From contig JYFJ02003992.1 of assembly GCA_000934665.2 (NCBI GenBank), positions 1-35,846 of the forward strand: a stretch of DNA of 35,846 nt, written 5' to 3'. The notes under the pieces are model-generated. The model was not told the DNA's origin. It made no database searches and saw only the letters and a program-made list of their open reading frames with translations. Below, in pieces: positions 10,401 through 20,728 of this stretch. The position numbers and the translations under genes are program-made. Positions within the stretch are counted from its first letter, which is position 1, and the number at the start of each line of letters is the position of its first letter. The DNA is from Catajapyx aquilonaris (taxonomy: Eukaryota).

Positions 10401-13400
10401 TTCCCATTTCGCAGCTCTTCCAGCATTCGCTTTTGGTGGGCTATGCTATGTGGGGGAATTCTCCACGTTCACTTTCCCATCCAGTAAAGAACATTGAGTA
10501 TTAATTAACATCAGTTAGTTGTATGGAGATATTTTAAACCTCATTTAGAACCAACAAGTGGCATATTATTTGCAAGTTCATTTGCTATGGGTATTTCCCA
10601 TGGGTATGCTACATCAATGGATACAATTTCACGTGTAAAAACTGCATTATACATCAATAATAATCACTGGGTGATGGTAGCGTTAGTACTGAAGTCAATT
10701 CTATTGATTGCTAAAGTTAATGATTTAAAAGTAACTACTATTGGGTGTGCTAGTTTCAATCTGATATCTTGTGACAAAAAGGAATGATAAATAAAAGTTA
10801 GGCGAGATCTGGAAGGGATGCAGAGAGGAGTAGTGGGAGGGGGTTTCAGGACACTTTGTTCCAGAGCAGAGAGAGAGAGTTTTTTGGTCCCCTCACTCTC
10901 CTTTCAGCAAATCACTCTGCAAACGTTACAACAGCTGCAAACGGGGACTCAAGGCACCTTACTCCTGAAGACTGAGAATGGACAGTTCCAATTAATTCGA
11001 GTTAGTCCTGCACCACCCCAGCCTCCCCAACCACCACAGCAACAACCACCACAACCACCACAATCAACAACAACACCACAACCACCACAACCACATCAAC
11101 CGCCAACCACCTTGGGAACGGCTGTCACCACGACACTGTCCTCTCCTAGTGGCAATGCTTCCACCATTCCTGGCACTGCCCCGTATCGCCTGCAGTCCGT
11201 CCCTGCTGTAAGTTATGCACTGTTTCTCTCTTGTTTTTTTTTTTTTCTTGCTCCCATCTCGCTCATCCTCTTTGTGGGATATGTGCGTTGAAGGGTGGTT
11301 TTTTCATGCATAAGGAGTAGGCAGTGTTGGTAATGGCATTCACATAGTTGCCTCTTAAATCTGAAATTAAAATATTACTGTGAGTAGAAATGAGGTCATT
11401 AGCAGCATTGCAAAGGTGACAATCAGTAATGCTCATTGTGAAAGCTAAATATTACCAAACAAAGCCAATAATTTTGTCTACAGTGTCACATGTGGGGTTG
11501 CAATTAAACTGTGTAGCATAACTTACACATTAAAATTAAAACTTATAATAATTATGATAATTGGTTATCCTGTGATGGGTCTGTAACATTATTATAACCG
11601 TGGGTAAAGCTGTAGATGTTCACATGATGTGCCATAAGTTCAGAATGTAAAATGCTGTGAAATAGTTAGGCTACATCTTATACAGGTATGTACAGTCCAT
11701 AGGTCATCTTTTAACCAGTATGCATATGATTCCATTATAGGAGGTACTTTTGAAAAGGGGGTGCAAGAAGTACCCACACAGATATATAGTGCGATTATGC
11801 TTCATGGCAGGCAACGTGCTTTGACCTGATTGGTACCTAGTCCCCTTTAAAAACATCTACAGTTGAGAGTAAAGAGGTGGAGATGGACCAAGATTAGAAA
11901 CTCCAACATTTTGCTGTAATACCAGTGATGTGTCTCCTTCATTGCGATTGTATGTGGAGTATATCGATGTTATGATATCCATTACTGTGTATAGGGTGAT
12001 CCAAAATACTTGTCTGACTGCTGTAGTTATTTGTTGGCACTTATCTGCTAGTTTTAGCAGTTACATTTGCATGGTTATCAAGAGTATTAGCTGCTAATAT
12101 TGGGTTACATGTACAGTACCCCTCATAAAGAATGGTACGACTCTATGGACAAAATGTTTATTCTGTTCCCAACCCGTGTGTCACCAGCATGTTTTTAGGG
12201 GTCATGAAGAAGGCTGGGAAAAGGCAATTAAAATCAAGAAAAAAAGATAAGAAAAAAAAACAAGGCAAAGTAGGAAAATTTAAGGGGGGAAATTCATCTC
12301 AAATCTATGTAAGCATTGTACTGTACCAGGTTGAACATTTTGGTAATAAAAAAAATTCGGAAAAAGTTGGGAGGGGGTCATATGGGTCGCCAGAGATCTA
12401 GGACAAGTTGTCCATAGTGTCGCCACGAAATCAGGTTGGGAATAATGCTGGATAGTCAGAATAAACACGTCGTTCATAGAGACGTACCATTCTTTATGAG
12501 CGGGACTGTACCAATCCTTTTTAAAGCCTGCAAGGGGATCTGGCATCTGCAAAGTGGGTTTATCATCAATGTGAGATGCCAGTTGTTCCAATGGGTTGTT
12601 CCTAATCCAAAATATGAGGGCCCTACTAAAATGATTTAGGCCTACACTTAATTTTTTTGCCACAAATTCACGGCTCATGCAGGTTGGCAGATAGGCACAC
12701 ATTATCGAGAGAATCCTCCTGGAGCTGAATGCACTGGCATCATAGGTATGTCTACCTCTCCAGGCCTTCCAGGAACAAAGTTTTGGAGGTGCGGCGTACC
12801 CACACCAGGAGAGCTGCTTCCTGTTCATCAATGTCCTTGAAATGGCGTCAGCGAATTGTTTTTTTACATGGATCCGAACAGGTGAAAGTCACTGGGGACC
12901 AAGGCGGGGGACTGTGGCGGGTGTTGAAGCATCTAAACCCAGATCCATGAGAAAACCCCTTCGCTGACGAGATTTAGAGGATGTTGTTGACAGTTGTTGA
13001 CTGTGCCAGCGCTGGTGGTCTGGTGGTTAGCCCTCTCGCCTCTAGACCCAAAGTTGTGGGTTCGAACCCGGCTAAGGCTGGTGACTTTTCTCCGGGTGGT
13101 AGAAAAGTGAGTGCGCGCCTTCCTTCGGAGGGGAAGTAAAGCCGTTGGTCCCGTGTGCTTGTGACATACGCGAGTGCACGTTAAAGATCCCCAGAGTGAC
13201 CAAATTTCCAGGAGGACCACCCCCTGGCGTCGGTGATTAGCCTTAGCAGCAGAAATAGGCTGACGTTAAGCCCCACTGGTAAAGTTGTTGACTGTGAGAA
13301 GTTGTCCAGGAGTGGGTGCACCGCACCTCCAAAAAGTGGTTCCTGGGGGACTGGAGAGGTTGACATACCTATGATGCCAATGCATTCAGCTCCAGGAGGG

Positions 13401-16400
13401 TCCTGTCGATAATGTGTTCCTAACTGCCGACATGCATGGGCCCTGTATTTATGGCAATAAAATGAATTGCAAATCATTTAAGTACTAAGGACCTCATATT
13501 AGAAGTTTAGCGTTTGAATGGATTTTTCTGTTCAACATAATATTAGCAGCTGTGCTTTTCATAACCATTAAAGTAACTGCTAAATAAGCAGCTTAGTGCC
13601 AGAAATAGCCAGATCAGTAGGATGAGTATTTTGGACCACCTCGTGTATGTGTTGGAGGATAGAGATTACCTGTTTTAAAAGGTGAACTTGTTTGAGCCTC
13701 TGGCTGTGGTGTCTGCGTCTTTTTTCTCATGACTGCATCTTCAGGACGACCAATTTTGAGGCAGAAAATATCTGCATGTTGTTCTTGACTTGAACTCCTC
13801 TCTCATATGCACCTATGGTTCCCACAACTTAATGATTTAAAGTGAGCATATCCATGACAGCATTGGTGGATGGAAAATGACCTGATGAACTTTGCTGAAT
13901 CTTCCTAAATGGTAGTTTATTATCTTGGAGTAATAAATGACATCATACACACAAGAATCAACTTTTTAATGACCTCATGCTATATTCATGTCCATAATCA
14001 AAATTGTTTCATATTCTTTAGCTGTCTGATATTGGGGAAATTAGAAAGAATGCTAACAAGTCATGTAGGAAATCTGTAGGACATGAATTTGGTTCTGGGC
14101 GTAAGATTTTTGGGTGCAATGATGCATGTAATAGTGTAAGTTTAAAAAGTGCAAGCTAGAATATTGCAAAAGAGTACCAATCAGCTGAGATACAAGGGTA
14201 AAAATAATGCAAATGTACATTTTTTAACTTCAAAGAGCTGCAGGAAAAGATTGGAAATGAAGAAAAAGTTACATGAAAAGAAAATTAACCTCCAATGAAA
14301 TTGACAATTGATTATTTTAGTGATTGCTTGGGAAGAAGTCAAAGCTGTCAGAAACATGTGTCGTAGATGTAGAGAATTGAGAAAGTACAGGGTGATTCTC
14401 TCGAATGCAAACCCAAACATTCATCAATAACTTTTAACTATGGTATGGTTCCCGATGAGAATTAATATGTACTTACCTTGTATCATGCCAAACAAGGTAT
14501 GACTAAAGAATTTACCGTAAGTGGTCCCCTCCAGCATCCAAGAATTTTTAAATCTGCATATTGCCGAAGACTCCTGCTGATTGAAGGTGGCGATCCCATT
14601 AATTCCCACCCGCCAGTCTGTTTGGTGAGAGGCAATGGGACCGTGGTCTTGCGATCCCGTCTCACCAAGCAAGCGGGCGGGCGGGAGTTGAGCCATTCCC
14701 GCCCGCCATTCTACAGGAGTCTTCGGCAATATGCAGACTCGGATTTAAAAATTATTGGATGCTGGAGGGGACCACTTTTGGTATATTCTTTAGTCAGACC
14801 TTGTTTGGCATGATACAAGGTAAGTACATGTCAATTTTCATCGGGAACCATACCATAGTTTAAAAGTTATTGAGGAATGTTTGGGTTTCCATTCGAGAGA
14901 ATCACCCTGTAGAAGGGAAAAGTGGCATAATCTCTTTGCTGCTCTGTCTCCTATCCGATGAAGACCTTGCCAGCTGGTGACCTTGCCAGTAGATGAACCT
15001 ATCGCCAATGTAGCACTGAGGGTTGTCAGTGCATAAAAGCCTTTCCACCACGTCAAGGTGGCGATGTAATTGGGGGAAATGGATTGGACGAGGTGGCCCA
15101 TTGTAATGCTAAGTACTGCACTGTAGAAAGTATGGTGCAATCGTTGAGTTTATTAAATGCCATTTTTAAAGAGCAACATGTACCTTTAAAATTAGGGTTT
15201 CATCTACCATTGGTGTAAAAATTTAGATTAAATTCCTGGACTGTGCAGCTGACTTCTGCAGCTCTTTGAAGTTTTGGTGTCATATATTTTTAGGAGTGGC
15301 CACTTTTATATGTAATTTGATTATGTAACAGTACATTTCTTTGATTTTGCTGATGTACATCAGTTAAGTTGGAGTGATTGATGCCAATTCTCTCCAGAAA
15401 TTACCTTGTGATGCTAGGATGTGATGGAAATTAATGATATGCCAGGGTTTAATGCCTGGTTGCACCAACAAAATTACCGGTCCGATAGCTCATAACGGAC
15501 CGATAGCACATGTTAAAAGGTCTACCTATCTGTCCATTAGGAGCTATCGGACCGGTAATTTTGTTGGTGCAACCAGGCATAAGAATACGAATTCTTGAAC
15601 ATTCTATTTTTGCATGTGCAATGTGAGAATTACATGGAGTGAGAATATGGGGTAACTGTAAGAATGATTGCATTGTTTCGATGATCAGTGCATGAAACGT
15701 AAGTTTTTATTGCTTTTGTTCACTTCTGTTGTATTGGTGAAATTTATTTTCAAAAATCTATTTGGTTGTGATGCTTTATTATATTACACATTTGAGCTGT
15801 AATGGCAAGTCATTGGTAAGCAAGAGTATAATTGGCATCAGCTTTCATAAGCTCTTCTACCGGTGCATTGAAATTCAATAAGCCTGTATCAGCCTTTTTA
15901 TCTTCGTTCAATTTCTGCTTTTATGAGGACCAGTTTATTGTGCAAAAGCATTAGTCAAGTTGGATTTAAATTAAGCTTTGAACTTGTATTCATCTGCATG
16001 TTACAGACTCAGTGTAGTTTTTCATCAAGGAACTCCCAACTCATTTCTCTCCTTTTCTGTAACCTGATAGAGTTCGATGACAACGAGCACAGCAGCAACA
16101 TCCATTGTATCACATCTTCCTCTTGGTGGGACTACCACTATAGTTGCACCAAATTCAGCGGCCATCAGCACATCAACGGCCCAGACGGCAACAGCACAGG
16201 TGGCTCAATTGGTACATTTGTAAGATAGAGTTGGGAGCATTTCTTTTAATACCTACATTTTTTAACGAATGCTTATTCAGATGACACCAGAGACAGCCAA
16301 GATCAAGTGTAAGAAGTTTCTGGCCAACCTATTGGAACTGTCAGGGAAGCAGCCAGAGCAAGTGGCTAGGAATGTGCGTAACCTCATCCAGGGTCTCATT

Positions 16401-19400
16401 GATGGGAAGGTTGAGTCTGAGGAATTTTGTAACAAACTGCAGAAGGAGCTCAACTCACAACCCCAACCCTGCCTTGTTGGATTTCTTAAGGTATGTGTAA
16501 CATTACAGAGAGATTTGAGATGGTGGTATTCCAAGATTACAATCTTCCTGTGGCTAATGTTCACACCACTTAAATATGGCAAACGTATGAGCAGTAAGTG
16601 CGAAGGACATAGGCTTGTGTGGTAGGAATTTTTAAATGCATAAAGAACTTCATTGTGGGTATAATTTATTGTTGCGGGAAAAATGATCCATCTGAAATAT
16701 TTTTTACTGACCAATATGACGCTTGACCATAAAGTGAGATGAAGGGGTTTTTGAGAATGGGAATTAGTGCATTCAGCTCTACTTGCCTATGGACATTCTT
16801 GGCAAACTCATCTTGAGAGGGGAATTTCTCCTTCCTTGATGGATTACAAAGCATTTTGATTTCTGCTTTTCATATCACTCGGTTACTTGCAGCAGTAAAC
16901 TTTTTAATAATGCCCATGAGTTTTTAGTGAATTATTAACTTCAGGTGTGTAAAAAATGAATATGAAAAAATAGGAGATTAATACAAAATCATGTTTTAAA
17001 ATTTCATACTTGGTTTGCACATCAAATTTGTACAAATAAGCCGATGAAACTAATGTCAGCTTGTATGCTTATTTTGCAGAAGAGTCTCCCACACCTTCGG
17101 CTGTCTTTAGCCAATAAAGAGCTGTCCATAGAGGGAATCAAGCCCCCACCTCCATCTTCAGTAACCAATGTTCTCCCAACCACAAGCGTGGTCACTCCTA
17201 TACAGGTTGGTTGACTGAATGAAGCCATTTGCTGTTTGGTAACTTGATTCTTGTGTATGCCATCCATGTGCTTACATTTCTGTACTTCTCAACTGCAGCA
17301 GAATCAAGTTCGCTCCCAGACCCTTCCAGCACAGGTGAGGATAGTAGCACCTCTCACTGCTGCTTCTGGTGTAATGTCCACATTATCCAGAGCGACACAA
17401 ATTATGCAGCCTAGGGTTATGACTGTGAGTAATTTTTTAAATTGCTGGTTTTGTTTTGCCACACCTGTGATCTCTTTGAGTTAATATTATTTATCATCAG
17501 CCGGTGAGGCCACCAGTGACCCACATGCCAAAGATGGTGACCCCTGTGAGGCAGCCAATCACTGTTCCCATGACCATGGTGACTACTGCCACCCAGTTAG
17601 CGGCTGCTGCTACTGCTTCGTCCATCCCCTCTTTATCTGGAGTCAACAGTGTCAACAGTGCTGTTGCAGCGGCTGTGGCAGCAGCTGCCCAGGCCCAGGC
17701 AGTTGGAGGGGCAGGAGGTGGAGCTGGGGGAGTGGGAACGGGTTTGATGTCTGGGGTGATGAGTCCTGCAGCCATACTTCATGCCCAGCAGCAAATGAAG
17801 CCTCCCCTGGTGCTACCACCAACACCTAAACAGCCTGCTAAGGACAAGGACAGGAAGGCCAGTGCAAGTTCCGCCTCAGCTGCAGCAGCTGCAGCAGCCG
17901 CTGCTGCATCAGCAGGGTACAGGTGTGCAGACTTTTTCTTTTATCAGGGGAAATTCTCTGTAGTTAATTTTTATCTGAGAAGAATCAGGGTCCAAAGTAT
18001 TGTTATGGGCGTTGCCAATAGACAGAGTGACAAAATTGGTGTCAAGTTGGAATCAATTCTCATTTCATTTCACTCACGGCATATTCCCATCAAGATGGAG
18101 TTACCAGCGATGACCAGGTACAATCCACCTGGCCCTCTCATACGACAAGTATAATGAATCCTCTGGTGACTGGTCAGGCCACGCAAAGGATATAATGGAT
18201 AGAATCAATTCTAATGTCTTATGATGTAGGCTGTATGTTTAATGGACACCTAAGCTGAAAAGAGCCCTAGTAACAATATTGCATTGCAACCTCCCACTTT
18301 TCAAGTTGCCAAGTGATTGAAAGTGGATGGATAATACAGTATTAGAAATTATCCTACTGGGGAGACTTGGAGGCACATTCGTATAAGTACTGCTCACCGT
18401 ATTAAATAGGGTCGTTTGTAAACCAGGGACTTCTTGTACTGCACTTTTCATATTTATATACCATACTGGAGCCTCATGTAAAAACCATGTATCTCTGATT
18501 TGGCCATTTTGAGATATTGCACCTCAAAGTTCGTGATCTGCCATTAGTTCTTGTATGAATCATACTTGAAAAACTTGAATAACTTTGCAGGAAAACAAGT
18601 TAGAGAGACGTGGTTTGTACCAGTGGATAGAGCTTGAAAAGACCCGTCCAATTGTGGCCTACAAGTAAAAACCCAGTATCTTGAGTTACATGGTTTTTAC
18701 ATGAGGCTCCAGCATAGGCCTACTGCATATTTTGTCATGTGGTATGGACATCTGGCAGTACCTTTGTTATAAGACTCTGATAATGCAAAACATTATGAAG
18801 CATTATCAGAATACGTATTAGTATGTGTCTGAGATGGTGTGGTCACTGCCAGTGTTTCAGGAAATGTATCATTTTGGTACGTGCCAGGTCTAAACAATAC
18901 ATGCACTAACCCAATTATAATTATGACATTCTCTCTGTTCGGTGTATATGAAAGCAATAATTGTGTAAGCATGACTGAGTTTTGAAAGCATGTTGTTGAA
19001 GTGGCACTCCCTGTATTCAAACTGTCTTCCGCTGTCTTCAGTTGAATGTCAGGTCTGTCACATTTTTATGCAGTACTTGGTTTATTGTTTGTGTAACTTA
19101 ATCTGGTGTTTTACATGCGCTCCTTATTACCACTTATCATTAATAAGCCACATGTCAAAGTATACTGCAGATGAAATATCATTAAGAAATTAATATTTAC
19201 TCATGCCTCGGGACAGGTGAAAGTGAAGAGACGCATTTCTCTCACATCACATTATTTCAGTCTTTTCAGTGTAGATGCATAACCCGTGTCACAATTACGG
19301 TAGTACACATTTACGAACCTTTTCGACAGTATCAATAATAAATTATCGGGCGCTTCTATGAGTTAGGGGCCCACCAACTAGTGCCACACTGGTTGAGGGA

Positions 19401-20666
19401 TTCTGTAATATAGTATTTTGTATGTTAATTACATGATTGGAGGGTAGGGGACTCGGCGTAGTTACCCATACATTATGTCTAGTATCCTTGTCCCTGATCT
19501 AAGGTAGATATCAGTAACCCCAGAATGCATGATGACCCCCATGCCATTGCATTTAGGCAATTTCATTAACAAAAACCCGGCATATGTAGCCATGCACAGT
19601 ACTTGTACTACGCGCGCTCCTAGACCTAAGGTCGACGCCAGTGCGCTCTAGCGAAGAAAATTTGAACCTGATTTTGCCTTTCTGACGAGCTTCACAAAAA
19701 AACTGGGAGGGGCGACACAGTTCTATATCCACCTTGATTCAATGGAATCAGGCCAATTTTTGAAACAAAATAGTAACAATAAAATAACTATTACTTATTG
19801 TTATTTTATTGTTACTCTTTTGTTTTGCTGCAGCAATGGCTGAGTTTAGCAACGTACTCTTTTTAAATGTTTCAGCATTACTTTGAAAATGATTTACTTT
19901 AAATGTCCCATAGTTATCTGAATCTACCTTAAATTATTATTGACATGAAATAATTTTTATTGAGCTTTATTACAAAGATTTGTTGTCTGAAGTTTGTTGA
20001 CAAGTTGCTTTTTATTGTTGTGAAAGCCACATGAAATGTTGGGCAAAATTTTTGTTCGTGCCTCTGGTGTTCTGTTTGGCTTGAATGAATTTTTGTCCAG
20101 TTCTTAAGACATGGAGTCAATTTCCCTTGGTCTCCTCAGTGCGGATGATGACATCAATGATGTGGCGGCAATGGGAGGAGTGAACCTAGCGGAAGAGACC
20201 CAGAGGATATTGGGTTCCACCGAGTTTGTTGGGACACAGATCCGGTCTTGTAAGGATGAGATGTTTCTATTCTCTGGACCTCTTCAAAATAGGATCAAGG
20301 AGATTGGTGAGTGGCATTGCTCACACAGAAGAGCAAAAATTTTCAGAAAGTGCGAAAAACAAGAGAACGATCTGAAATCATCATTTTGCTTACCGACTCC
20401 GAGTCAACGGAAATCTGCCAAACGCACCCCTGGAACCTTCCACTCTTCCTGTTTCCATGGACATTCATTCGCTCACACAACAATAGGAGTAAACAGTGCC
20501 AACAAAAAAGAGCCATGTTTGCTCATATTGTCGTGTGAAAGCATTTCCATGGAAACAGGAAGAGTGGAAGGTTCCAGAGGTGCATTCAGCAGATTTCCGT
20601 TGACTCGGAGTCGGTAAGCAAATGATGACCTCAGATTGTTCTCTCGTTTAATGGACTGTAGCCGCA

Positions 20667-20728
<62 letters not shown>

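Larger units (their letters stand above)
11992..13645. mobile_element. Old outer TIR element hosting nested insertions
   Basis: Diverged TIRs of about 120 bp: TAGGGTGATCCAAAATACT...AGCTGCTAATATT (11992-12101) vs AATATTAGCAGCT...AGTATTTTGGACCACC (13539-13640); right end approximate. Confidence 0.75.

Noticed and set aside
12280..12831. 183-aa minus-strand ORF as an intact transposase
   Set aside because: It spans three different nested elements; the mariner-like residues are in another, stop-interrupted frame.
13006..13082. tRNA gene
   Set aside because: A and B boxes are present but there is no proper anticodon arm, and it continues into a SINE body bounded by a TSD.
13700..13746. Penelope-type hammerhead ribozyme (minus strand CCTGAAGATG...GAAA)
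   Set aside because: No convincing stem II or stem III pairing around the core; at best a decayed relic.
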